DNA from: Longimicrobiales bacterium
GTDB lineage: Bacteria; Gemmatimonadota; Gemmatimonadetes; Longimicrobiales; RSA9
Direction: 5' to 3'
Assembly (NCBI GenBank): GCA_050732635.1
Contig: JBOHRE010000004.1
Span: 1,518 to 65,517 of the forward strand
Length of the DNA stretch: 64,000 nucleotides
Every line of letters starts with the position of its first letter. Position 1 is the stretch's first letter. This document shows positions 9,521-18,281 of this stretch, piece after piece. Made by a program: the position numbers and the translations under genes. Under the pieces are notes generated by a model, which was not told the origin of the DNA, searched no databases, and was given only the letters and a program-made list of their open reading frames with translations.

Positions 9521-10839
9521 GTTACGGACCTGAAAGGGGACTCGGAGCGCCGTCGACGATGCGTCCAGGGATGACTCTTCTCGTAGCGGCCCTCGCCCTC
9601 GCCCCCGCTCCCGCCCCCGCGCTCGCGCAGACCATCGCGATCACCAACGCGAGGATCTACTCAGTCGCCGGGCCGATGATCGAGCGCGGTACCGTCATCA
9701 TCAGCGACGGTCGCATTGCCGCGGTCGGCGCCGACGCCCAGCCGCCTGCCGGTGCCCAGGTCATCGATGCCGCCGGCAAGGTCGTGACGCCCGGCTTCAT
9801 CGACTCCTTCACGCAGCTCGGCGTGGTGGAGATCGGGGCCGCACCCGGCACGGTCGATGTCGCCAGCCGCGAGGACCGGATCACCGCCGCGTTCAACGTG
9901 GTCTGGGGCATCAACCCCGCGTCCACGCTGATCCCGATCGCGCGGACCGGCGGCATCACGCGTGCCGTGGTGGCGCCCAACCCCGGCGCGTCCATCATCG
10001 CCGGGCAGGGTGCGCTGATCCAGCTCGCGGGCGGCCGCGCCGACGAGATGGTCATGCGCAACCCGATCGCGATGTTCGCGATCCTCGATGAGGGCGCCGC
10101 CGAGCGTACGGGCGGCGCGCGCGGCGTCGCCATGCTCCGGCTGCGCGAGATCTTCCAGGACGCGCGTGACTACGCAGCCAACCGTGCCGCCTACGACGCA
10201 GGCAGCCGACGCGAGTACGCGGCCAGTCGCCTCGACCTCGCGGCGCTGGATCCCGTGCTCGACGGCGCGCTGCCGCTCGTGCTCGGCGTCGACCGGGCCA
10301 GCGACATCCTCAACGCACTCGGCCTCGCCCGCGATTTCGGACTCCAGCTCGTGCTCAGCGGCGCCCGCGAAGGCTGGCTCGTCGCCGACGACATCGCGCG
10401 TGCCGGCGTTCCCGTCATCGTGAATCCGATGAGCAACCTGCCGGATTTCGACGCGCTCTCGGCCACGCTCGAGAACGCCGCGCGGCTTGCGAATGCCGGC
10501 GTCACCGTGGTGTTCGCCAGCTTCGATGCACACAACACCCGCAACCTGCGGCAGGCCGCAGGCAACGCGGTCGCCTACGGCATGCCGTTCGACGCCGCGC
10601 TGCGCGCCGTGACCCTCGCGCCCGCCCAACTCTGGGGCGTGGCCGACCAGGTCGGCACGCTCGAGGTCGGCAGGCAGGCCGACGTCGTCGTCTGGTCCGG
10701 CGATCCGTTCGAGCTGCTCACACACGTCGAGCACGTCTTCATTGGCGGCCGCGAGGCCCCCGACGATACGCGTCAGCGCATGCTGCTCGAGCGCTACCGC
10801 ACGCTCGACGGCGCGTGGCCGCCGTCGTTCCGGCACTGA
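9517..10839 (+). CDS. amidohydrolase-family paralogue lacking the HxH metal motif, secreted
   Basis: 440 aa with an ATGA start/stop overlap to the upstream gene and a signal peptide ending ALAQT. PGFIDSFTQLG aligns to PGLIDAHSHLG of the neighbour, with both histidines replaced. Confidence 0.85.
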   Translation: MSYGPERGLGAPSTMRPGMTLLVAALALAPAPAPALAQTIAITNARIYSVAGPMIERGTVIISDGRIAAVGADAQPPAGAQVIDAAGKVVTPGFIDSFTQLGVVEIGAAPGTVDVASREDRITAAFNVVWGINPASTLIPIARTGGITRAVVAPNPGASIIAGQGALIQLAGGRADEMVMRNPIAMFAILDEGAAERTGGARGVAMLRLREIFQDARDYAANRAAYDAGSRREYAASRLDLAALDPVLDGALPLVLGVDRASDILNALGLARDFGLQLVLSGAREGWLVADDIARAGVPVIVNPMSNLPDFDALSATLENAARLANAGVTVVFASFDAHNTRNLRQAAGNAVAYGMPFDAALRAVTLAPAQLWGVADQVGTLEVGRQADVVVWSGDPFELLTHVEHVFIGGREAPDDTRQRMLLERYRTLDGAWPPSFRH

Positions 10840-10991
10840 CCACCGGCTGCGGCAGGCACGGGTGGTGGGTCGCGGTCCGATGTCACCGCTGCCGCCCGTG
10901 CCGGTTCCGCGACGGCTTGCCGCGGGCGGGGCCTGCGCTATATGTTTCTAGCGCGCGTGTGAACCGGACCCTGACCGGTGCTCCCCACGAC

Positions 10992-11020
10992 GCTGGGCGC
11001 GCGCCCAGCATTTCTTTTCC
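10992..11020 (+). terminator. Rho-independent terminator of the peptidase/amidohydrolase operon
   Basis: A perfect 18-nt palindrome GCTGGGCGCGCGCCCAGC (10992-11009) is followed directly by ATTTCTTTTCC. Confidence 0.6.
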
Positions 11021-11085
11021 AAACGCTCCGCAGTTGCCGAAAACGCCGACCGGCTGGGCTGCCGGCCGGCCCTGCTGGTGCCGGT

Positions 11086-13167
11086 ATGGATGAGGTGGTG
11101 AATTCACTCGGAGTAGGGAACGCCGAACACCTGTATGGTGACTGGGCACGCATCCTGGATCTGTATCCGGATGGCGTGCTCATTGTCGATGCGCCCGGCA
11201 GGGTGATCTGGGCGAATCCGGCTGCGCAGCGCATCCTCGGCCTGACGCAGACGGAGCTGGTGGGGCGGCTGAAGAGCGAGCTTCCGCTCCAACTCTACAC
11301 TCTCGCCGGCGAGCCGCTAGCGCTCGAGCAATTCCCATCGCGAATCGTGGTGCGGACGGGTCGGGCGGTTCAGGACATCCGGTTCGCCGTGGAGCGCTCG
11401 GATGGCATGGCCTTCGTCGATGCGAGCGCGGCGCCGTTCGCGCTGGCGGCGGACGGCACGATCGAGCGGGTGATCGTCTCGCTGCACGACATCACGGAGC
11501 GGGTCGGGGAGCAGGAGGAGCGCGCCATGCTGGTATTGGCGCTCGACGCGGAGCGGGCGCGCCTGCGTACGGTCATCGATCACGTGCCTGTCGGCGTGCT
11601 GCTGGCTGAGGCGCCGAGCGGCAGGATCATCCTGGCGAGCCCGCTCGTCGAGCGGCTGCTCGGCCACGCTGTATACTATGCGCCGGACGTGAGCGCGTAC
11701 GGCGCCTACCAGGTGCTGCACGCCGATGGTCGGGCGTATGCGCCGGAGGAGCAGCCGCTGGCGCGGGCGCTGCGAGGCGAGCGGATCGAGGCCGAGGAGG
11801 TGCTGTATCGACGCGGCGACGGCCGCGTCGTTTGGCTGCGGGCGAGCGCGGAGCCGATCCGCGAGCGCGACGGCCAGGTGATCGGCGCGGTGCTGGCGTT
11901 TCACGACATCGAGCGCGACAAGCGCGCGGGGCATGCGCAGCAGCTGGTCGCGGAGGCGAGCAGGATCCTGGCCACCAGCCTCGACTATCAGACGACGCTC
12001 GACAGTGTCGCGCGGCTGGCGGTACCGGATCTCGCGGACGCCTGTCTGCTCGACCTGCTGGACGACGAGGGCGCGCCGCAGCGCCTCGGCATCGCCTGTG
12101 TCGACGCGGAGGCCGAGCGCCGGCTGCGTCAGATGACGCAGCGTTGGGGCGTCAGTCCCGACCCGCAGCGCAATCTGATCCTGGAAGTGATCCGTCTCGA
12201 GGAGCCGCGTCTGGTCAGCGAGCTCGATGATGCAATGCTACGCCGCTACTCGACGACGGAATCGCAGTACGAGGCGCTGGCCAGCCTGCCGTTCCGCTCG
12301 GCCATGATCCTGCCGCTCGTCGCGCGCGGCCGCGCCTTCGGCGCGATCAGCTTCGGCGCGGGGCGCGACCGCCGCCCGTACGACTTGGACGACCTGACCG
12401 TCGCCCGCGACCTGGCCGACCGCGCCGCGCTCGCCATCGACAACGCCCGGTTGTACCACGAGGCGCAGGCCGCGAGTGAGTCGAAATCCAATTTCATCGG
12501 CGTGCTGTCGCACGAGTTCCGTACGCCGCTGACGGCCATCGTCGGCTATGCGGATCTGCTGGATTCGGGTGTCGGCGGGCAGCTCGCGCCCAGGCAGCTC
12601 GACTTCGTCAAGCCGATCCGCGCGAGCGCCTGGCACCTGTCGCAGCTGATCGATGAGATCCTGACCTTCTCGCGCCTCGAGGCCGGCCGCGAAGAGGTGC
12701 AGCGCACGATGACGGACCTCACGGCAAGCGTGCGCGAGGTCGCCGACATCCTCGAGCCGGTCGCCGCGTCGAAGGGGCTGCGGTTGATGATCGACGTGCC
12801 GAGCCAGCCCGTGCCGGCACGAACGGATGCAGCCAAGATCCGCCAGATCCTGCTGAACCTGCTCAACAACGCGATCAAGTTCACGGCCGCTGGCACGGTG
12901 ACCGTGCGCGTGAGGTCGGAATCCGGCCGTGCCGTGCTCGAGGTCGTGGACACGGGCATCGGCATTCCGGCCGAGCACCACGAGCGCATCTTCGAGCGTT
13001 TCTGGCAGGTCGAGCAGGGTCCGACCCGGCGCGCGCAGGGCACGGGTCTGGGGCTCGCCATCGTGCGCCGCCTGACGAAGCTGCTGGAGGGCGAGGTCAC
13101 GGTCATCAGCGCGCCGGGCGAAGGCAGCACCTTCAACGTCTGGCTGCCGGTCGACGGTGACAGCTGA
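11086..13167 (+). CDS. cytoplasmic sensor histidine kinase (PAS/GAF-type N-terminus, HisKA + HATPase_c)
   Basis: H-box SHEFRTPLTAIVGYADLL, N box LLNLLNNAIKFT, and G boxes DTGIGIP and GTGLGLAIV are present. No TM segment was seen. I chose ATG 11086 because the terminator at 10992-11020 lies inside the longer GTG-10978 ORF. No response regulator is adjacent. Confidence 0.85.
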   Translation: MDEVVNSLGVGNAEHLYGDWARILDLYPDGVLIVDAPGRVIWANPAAQRILGLTQTELVGRLKSELPLQLYTLAGEPLALEQFPSRIVVRTGRAVQDIRFAVERSDGMAFVDASAAPFALAADGTIERVIVSLHDITERVGEQEERAMLVLALDAERARLRTVIDHVPVGVLLAEAPSGRIILASPLVERLLGHAVYYAPDVSAYGAYQVLHADGRAYAPEEQPLARALRGERIEAEEVLYRRGDGRVVWLRASAEPIRERDGQVIGAVLAFHDIERDKRAGHAQQLVAEASRILATSLDYQTTLDSVARLAVPDLADACLLDLLDDEGAPQRLGIACVDAEAERRLRQMTQRWGVSPDPQRNLILEVIRLEEPRLVSELDDAMLRRYSTTESQYEALASLPFRSAMILPLVARGRAFGAISFGAGRDRRPYDLDDLTVARDLADRAALAIDNARLYHEAQAASESKSNFIGVLSHEFRTPLTAIVGYADLLDSGVGGQLAPRQLDFVKPIRASAWHLSQLIDEILTFSRLEAGREEVQRTMTDLTASVREVADILEPVAASKGLRLMIDVPSQPVPARTDAAKIRQILLNLLNNAIKFTAAGTVTVRVRSESGRAVLEVVDTGIGIPAEHHERIFERFWQVEQGPTRRAQGTGLGLAIVRRLTKLLEGEVTVISAPGEGSTFNVWLPVDGDS

Positions 13168-13192
13168 CGCAGCGCCTACACGGCGGCGCGCA

Positions 13193-13660
13193 TCAGTCGA
13201 GCAGCGCTTCGAGCCGGTCGATCAGCTCCGCCTGCGCCGGCAGGATCTTGCGCTTCGCCATCGCCGTGTCGAACCACGCGCAGCGGTCCACCTCGGGGAA
13301 TGTGATCCAGCGGCCGGACCCGCGCGGCCACTCGGTGCGGCTCTCGTTGCTCACGATGGTCGTCGGATCCGCGTCGCGTTCGACGGCCCACGCGTGCACG
13401 ACCTTGCCGGCCTTCTGCCGGATGCTGCCCAGCTCGAGGAGCGGGCCGTCCACCGCGATGCCGGTCTCCTCGCGAAACTCGCGCTTGGCAGTCTCGACCA
13501 GCGGCTCGTCCGCAGCGACCACGCCCTTCGGGATCGTCCAAGCGCCCTCGTCTCGATTGCGCCAGAACGGTCCGCCCGGGTGTCCGAGGAAGACCTCCAG
13601 CCGCCCTGCCCGCCGACGGAACAGCAACAGCCCGGCGCTGACCTTCTTTTCACGAGCCAT
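13193..13660 (-). CDS. NUDIX hydrolase
   Basis: 155 aa with the Nudix box GVVAADEPLVETAKREFREETGI. Confidence 0.8.
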   Translation of the reverse strand: MAREKKVSAGLLLFRRRAGRLEVFLGHPGGPFWRNRDEGAWTIPKGVVAADEPLVETAKREFREETGIAVDGPLLELGSIRQKAGKVVHAWAVERDADPTTIVSNESRTEWPRGSGRWITFPEVDRCAWFDTAMAKRKILPAQAELIDRLEALLD

Positions 13661-13664
13661 GCGC

Positions 13665-14354
13665 TCATGCGGTTACGTCCAGCGGCACGCTCGGCGCGGG
13701 CGGTCCGGCGATCTGGATGCCGAAGTGCGGCGTGCCCAGCAGTCCCCACAGTCGCACCCACAGCAGCACGAACATCTCGGTCGTGCGCGCGCCCGTGATG
13801 TCGCCCAGGTCGACCAGACTCTGCGGCTTCCAGCCGAACCATTCGACCAGCCAGGACGCGACCTGCGCCTTGGCGCCCGCATCGTTTCCGCAGACCAACA
13901 GCGCGTGATCGCTGCCGACGAGCGCTGGCTCGACCATCACATTCGCGTTCACCGTGTTGAGCGCCTTGACGACGCGCGCCTGCGGGTACGCGCGCTGGAT
14001 CTGCTCGCCCAGCGAGTCGGTGTTGCAGATCGTGAGGGTCGGCGGCATGCCGCGCGAGAAGTCGAGCGGATTGGCGACATCGACCAGTACCTTGCCGCCG
14101 AGCGCGTCCGGACCGGCCTGCGCGAGCGCCTCGAGGGAGACGGCGCCGGCCGTGCAGTTGAACACGCAGTCGCCGAACGCCGCCGCATCGGCGAACGTGC
14201 CATGAGCGGCACCATTGCCTGTGCGCTGCGCCCAAGTGACGGCCTTCTCGTTGTCGCGCGTGCGCGAGCCCATCATGACCTGCTGTGCGGCGCGGACCAT
14301 TGCGCTAGCGAGCGTTTCACCGACGATCCCGGTGCCCAGCACGCCGATCCTCAT
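13665..14354 (-). CDS. NADPH-dependent F420 reductase-like NAD(P)-binding oxidoreductase
   Basis: 229 aa with an N-terminal Rossmann motif MRIGVLGTGIVG. Overall similar to the Npd/FNO-type family. Confidence 0.75.
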   Translation of the reverse strand: MRIGVLGTGIVGETLASAMVRAAQQVMMGSRTRDNEKAVTWAQRTGNGAAHGTFADAAAFGDCVFNCTAGAVSLEALAQAGPDALGGKVLVDVANPLDFSRGMPPTLTICNTDSLGEQIQRAYPQARVVKALNTVNANVMVEPALVGSDHALLVCGNDAGAKAQVASWLVEWFGWKPQSLVDLGDITGARTTEMFVLLWVRLWGLLGTPHFGIQIAGPPAPSVPLDVTA

Positions 14355-14484
14355 GGTTGCCTCATCAGGAGAAGGTGGCCGAAGACGGATCCTGCAGGCC
14401 GCATCGGGGTATTCTGTTCATCCGGCTACTTCGCACTGGAGATCCTTCCGTGCACCCCCGCTGGCTCCTGAAAGGAGCGCTACG

Positions 14485-14658
14485 ATGGCAACGCACGTCA
14501 TCCACAAGAACGACGGCACGCCGAGCAAGTACTTCTGGTCGGACAAGCACGGCAGCGACAAGACCAAGCGTACGATCTACAAGCGCACGGCCAACGGCGT
14601 CACGCGCATGAAGGGTGTACACTTCGATACGGACAAGCAGAAGCTGCGCAGGGACTGA
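14485..14658 (+). CDS. small basic hypothetical protein (57 aa)
   Basis: The ATG is preceded by AAAGGAG at a spacing of about 7 nt. The Lys/Thr-rich composition is not typical of GC-driven artefact ORFs. No family recognised. Confidence 0.5.
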   Translation: MATHVIHKNDGTPSKYFWSDKHGSDKTKRTIYKRTANGVTRMKGVHFDTDKQKLRRD

Positions 14659-14692
14659 GGCGACAGCAGTCCGTCGCGTTTCGCGATCGGCT

Positions 14693-14720
14693 GGGCCGGT
14701 GGGCACGAGCTTGCCGGCCC
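14693..14720. terminator. hairpin between convergent genes
   Basis: GGGCCGG (14693-14699) pairs with CCGGCCC (14714-14720) across a 14-nt loop. It lies between the stop of the 57-aa gene and the stop of the MOSC gene. Confidence 0.4.
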
Positions 14721-14728
14721 GCTTCGCA

Positions 14729-15196
14729 TTACCGCGGCAACACCGCGTTCGGCGCGCCGCCGTCCCGCAGCTCGACCGGATCGCCGATCCGGATCTCGCC
14801 GCCGAGCAGGATGCCACCGAACACGCCGCCGCGCCAGTCGCGGTGCATTGCTCGCTGCAGCCCCGGCAGCGCCTCATCCATGCGCTCGCAGGGCCGCGTC
14901 TCGCCACGAATCTCGAGCACGCAGCCACCCACGATCAGCAGCCGGCCGCGACTCTCCTTGAGGGGCACGCCGCTGATCATCAGGTTCGCGCGCCGGGCCG
15001 AGGGATCGAGCGTGCCGCCCAGCTCCGTCATCAGCTCCTGCCAGACCTCCTGCTCGATCACCGTGACCTGGCGTCGCGAGCCGTGCGTCGGATTGCCGCG
15101 CAGCCCGTGGCCCGCCTCGAGCACGGCGTGCTCCACGGCATCCAACACGCCGCGCCTCGCGCGCTTGACCCAGATCGCTTCCAGCCGGCCCGCCAT
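14729..15196 (-). CDS. MOSC domain protein
   Basis: YiiM/MOSC-like sequence (MAGRLEAIWVKRARRG...RPCERMDEALPGL). I moved the start to ATG 15196 because the extra N-terminus of the 192-aa ORF is encoded by the repeat cluster. Confidence 0.8.
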   Translation of the reverse strand: MAGRLEAIWVKRARRGVLDAVEHAVLEAGHGLRGNPTHGSRRQVTVIEQEVWQELMTELGGTLDPSARRANLMISGVPLKESRGRLLIVGGCVLEIRGETRPCERMDEALPGLQRAMHRDWRGGVFGGILLGGEIRIGDPVELRDGGAPNAVLPR

Positions 15197-15248
15197 AGAG
15201 GCAACGGTATCGCGTTCGGCGGCGCCCGGCCATGCTATGCGGCCGGCA

Positions 15249-15521
15249 TAGGGGTCCAGGCGGATCGGTTGGGCAGCCGATGTTGCGGGCCTTAGGGGTC
15301 CAGACACATCGGTGGGGCAGCCGATGTTGTGTTAGGCGATAGGGGTCCAGGCGGATCGGCGGGCAGCCGATTCTGCGTTAGGCGATCAGGGCGCTGCTAC
15401 ATCCATGGCTCGTCGACGGAGGGGCCGTACGCCTAATGCGACGAGCTCGCCCAACCCGCCCGCCTGGACCCCTAAGGCCTAACGCGATTGAGCCCGCCCT
15501 GCCCGCCCGCCGGGACCCCTA
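15249..15521. repeat. REP-like repeat cluster: three forward and two inverted copies of a ~45-nt unit
   Basis: The core TAGGGGTCCAG occurs at 15249, 15293 and 15340 on the plus strand. Its reverse complement occurs at 15464-15474 and, as CGGGACCCCTA, at 15511-21. Forward units carry an internal hairpin ATCGG-N6-8-CCGAT and end in TTAGGCGAT. Confidence 0.75.
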
Positions 15522-16272
15522 CCACAACGCTGCAACACGTGACCCCGCCTTCCGCCTTGGCCAGCTCCGACAGGTCGACGCGCGCGAGCCGAATGCCGCG
15601 CGCCTGCAGCCGGCGCGCGGTCCGCTCGTGCGACGCATCGTAAACGACGCGCGTCGCCAGCCGCAGCGCATTGGCGGCTGCCGGCTCCGCGGGATCGACA
15701 TCGACCACCCGCAGTGCTGCGAACACCGACGGCTCCACCCACGCAGGGTTGAGCAGCACCGTGTCGTCGGCCACCAGCGTGACCGCGCTCTTCAGATGCA
15801 GGCAGCCGCGCACCTCGACCGGCACGACCTCGTAGCCGTACGCTGCCGTCAGCTCGGCGAGCTGCGCGATGCCGGCCGCGTTGGTCCGGCTGGACCGGCC
15901 GACGAACAGCGTACGGCCGATGCGCAGCACATCGCCGCCATCCAGCGTGGCCGGCGCCGTCATGAGCCGCGGCTCGCGGTAACCGGCCAGCGCCTCGGCC
16001 ACGGCGGCCGTCTCCGGACGTCGTGATGCCGCGCCCGGGCGGGCGATGATCGCCACCTCATCGAGCACCACCGCAGTGTCCTCGACGAAGACGGAGTCCG
16101 GCAGCTCGGGCGCGGCCGGCAGGCGCACGACGTGGCAGCCGAGCGCGCGCAGCGTGTGCTCGTACGCGGCGTGCTGCCGCGCGGCACGCTCGACGTCGAT
16201 CGGCTCGCGCTGGCTGTGCGTCAGCTCGCAGCTCGCCAGCCGTGGGCTGACGGGACGGGTCAATGCGATCAT
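15472..16272 (-). CDS. dimethylarginine dimethylaminohydrolase (DDAH)/amidinotransferase-fold enzyme
   Basis: 266 aa. The N-terminus has ...VFVEDTAVV, and the catalytic Cys motif GGVTCCS lies near the C-terminus. The last ~15 aa are encoded by the repeat cluster. Confidence 0.85.
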   Translation of the reverse strand: MIALTRPVSPRLASCELTHSQREPIDVERAARQHAAYEHTLRALGCHVVRLPAAPELPDSVFVEDTAVVLDEVAIIARPGAASRRPETAAVAEALAGYREPRLMTAPATLDGGDVLRIGRTLFVGRSSRTNAAGIAQLAELTAAYGYEVVPVEVRGCLHLKSAVTLVADDTVLLNPAWVEPSVFAALRVVDVDPAEPAAANALRLATRVVYDASHERTARRLQARGIRLARVDLSELAKAEGGVTCCSVVVGVPAGGQGGLNRVRP

Positions 16273-16305
16273 TTCGTGCGGCCTGCCGCGGCCGGAGCCG
16301 CAGAC

Positions 16306-17259
16306 TCACTCGATCGGCTGCAGGTTCGCGACGATCGCCTCGCGGCGCGGCTCGAGGAACGGCGGCAGCGCGATGTCCTCGCCCAGCGTCGCGAGATCCT
16401 CGTCCACGGCGAAGCCCGGTCCATCGGTCGCGATCTCGAAGAGGATGCCGTTCGGCTCGCGGAAGTACAGGCTGCGGAAGTAGTAGCGGTCGATCTCGCC
16501 GCTGTTCGGCACACCCAGCGAGTTCAACCGCTCGGTCCAGGCGTGGTACTCCTGCTCGTTCGGCGTGCGGAACGCGACGTGATGCACGCCGCCGGCGCCC
16601 TGCCGCGCGATCGGCAGGTCCGGCTGCACGGCGACGTGCAGCTCGGCGTGCGGGCCGCCGCCGCCCATCTCGTAGACGTGCACGTTCGGCGATGCACTGG
16701 CGGGGTGCGCGTACTCGCGCGCGGGCCGCATGTTCAGCACCCGGGTCAGCACTAGGTCCGTCTGCGTCACGTTCGGCACGCTCATCACGATCGGACCGAG
16801 ACCACGGATCTGGTACTCGGCGCGGACCGGACTGTCGTCCCAGATGCGCGGGGCCGGGCCCTGGCCGCTGTCATCGACCAGCGCGAGCCGCTGGCCCTCG
16901 GGGTCCTCGAAATCGAGTGTGGCGCGACCGTCGCGCTCGGTGACGCCTGCGGTCTTCACACCGTACTCGCCGAGCCGCTCGGCCCACCAGTCGAGCGCTG
17001 CCGTGCCGTGCACGCGCAGGCTCGTGCAGGTGATGCTGTGCGTGCCGCGTCGTTCGGGCGGCACGTTCCAGTCGAAGAACGTCAGGTCCGTACCCGGACT
17101 GCCCACCGCATCGGCGTAGAACAGGTGGTAGGCGCTGACATCGTCCTGGTTCACACTGCGCTTCACCAGGCGCATGCCCATGACGCGTGTATAGAAGCCG
17201 TGATTCTCCCGCACGCGAGCGGTGATCGCGGTCAGGTGGTGGATGCCGTGCAGATCCAT
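16306..17259 (-). CDS. two-domain VOC-fold ring-cleaving dioxygenase (MhqO/YkcA-like)
   Basis: 317 aa. [40 protein letters not shown] is typical of this glyoxalase-family dioxygenase group. Confidence 0.85.
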   Translation of the reverse strand: MDLHGIHHLTAITARVRENHGFYTRVMGMRLVKRSVNQDDVSAYHLFYADAVGSPGTDLTFFDWNVPPERRGTHSITCTSLRVHGTAALDWWAERLGEYGVKTAGVTERDGRATLDFEDPEGQRLALVDDSGQGPAPRIWDDSPVRAEYQIRGLGPIVMSVPNVTQTDLVLTRVLNMRPAREYAHPASASPNVHVYEMGGGGPHAELHVAVQPDLPIARQGAGGVHHVAFRTPNEQEYHAWTERLNSLGVPNSGEIDRYYFRSLYFREPNGILFEIATDGPGFAVDEDLATLGEDIALPPFLEPRREAIVANLQPIE

Positions 17260-17402
17260 GTCGGGTGTTCGGCTCGCGGAGGGTCAGGACAGTCCGGCCC
17301 GTACCGGCAGCGCCTGCTCTCGGTTCCACGGTGGCAACGCGCTCATCGGGGCTCCTCGCCTTTGAGGCCAGTGGTCGATCGACTAGGCTGGGGCCTGCGA
17401 AA

Positions 17403-17699
17403 TCAGCGCCCGCCGGCGCGAAGGAAACGCCGGCCGACGGTAATGAAGCGGCGGTCGCGTTGGGCTTCCGGCCGCGCCTGCTCCTTGTCGATCAGCCGCT
17501 GGACATGCGCACGCAACTGCGGCTCACCCCAACGGTAGCCGGTCGCCGCCTCGGCGCTGCTGGTGTGCCCATCACGCGCAGCTTCCAGTAGCACGAGCGC
17601 GGCCGCGGTGTCGTAGGAGGGGTCGTCGGCCGGCGGCAGCCCGAAATCGCGAGTCGGCTCGAAGTCGTCCGCATCTTCCTTCACGAATGCGCGTGACAT
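17403..17699 (-). CDS. hypothetical protein (98 aa)
   Basis: The ORF has an acidic N-terminus MSRAFVKEDADDFEP and a composition unlike the antisense artefacts. No family recognised. Confidence 0.5.
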   Translation of the reverse strand: MSRAFVKEDADDFEPTRDFGLPPADDPSYDTAAALVLLEAARDGHTSSAEAATGYRWGEPQLRAHVQRLIDKEQARPEAQRDRRFITVGRRFLRAGGR

Positions 17700-17759
17700 G
17701 ATCCTGGCTACTCTCCGTCTGTGGGGTGGCCTGCGGTGCGCCGGGCCGGAATCGGCGCC

Positions 17760-18086
17760 TCAGGTTCTGCAGCCGCACAGCGCGAAGGTGCTGTGCAGGA
17801 ACGCCTTCGTGCCCCCGGGGCCGCGCAGCCGCAGCCAGAGTGGACCGTGCCGCGGCTCGGCCGCCAGCTCGAGCGTGAGGAACGGGCAGCAGGCGCGCTC
17901 GAAAGTGATCAGCTCCGCGAGTCGGGCGATCCATTGCGGCTCCGCAGGAAAGCGCAGCGCGAACCCGTCCGCGAGCTCGACGACCTCCTGGATCGCCGGC
18001 CGCAGCTCGTCCTGCAGCTCGCGCTGGCGGGCCACCTGATCCGGTGCGCTCAGCGTGCAGGCGATGGGCACTGCGTTGTCGGTCAT
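17760..18086 (-). CDS. hypothetical Cys-motif protein (108 aa)
   Basis: I chose the internal ATG at 18086 (MTDNAVPIACTL...). The protein has a CC pair (ERACCPFL) and a C-terminal CGC. No family recognised. Confidence 0.5.
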   Translation of the reverse strand: MTDNAVPIACTLSAPDQVARQRELQDELRPAIQEVVELADGFALRFPAEPQWIARLAELITFERACCPFLTLELAAEPRHGPLWLRLRGPGGTKAFLHSTFALCGCRT

Positions 18087-18281
18087 ACTCGCGATCCTGT
18101 CCGTGGGCGCGCAGCAGGAGGCGCCTGGGCGCCGGCCCTGCGTAACGACTACAGCGCCACCGGATCCGCGTCCAGATGGACACCCCGTGCTCGTGGTCGG
18201 CCCCGGACCGCCGCCGGTCACCTTTCCATTTCGAAGCAGCGGACACACGCGCCGATCGGCACGCGAACGCCTGCCGCCTGC

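Noticed and set aside
10978-11085. The longer GTG-10978 start for the histidine kinase
   Set aside because: The strong palindrome plus T-tract terminator of the upstream operon (10992-11020) lies inside this extension. The extra residues are low-complexity (LPTTLGARPAFLFQTLRSCRKRRPAG...). I preferred ATG 11086.
15249-15521. A CRISPR array
   Set aside because: The units abut each other without unique spacers. The period is irregular (44-47 nt). Two copies are inverted relative to the other three. No cas genes are present. I called it a REP-like cluster instead.
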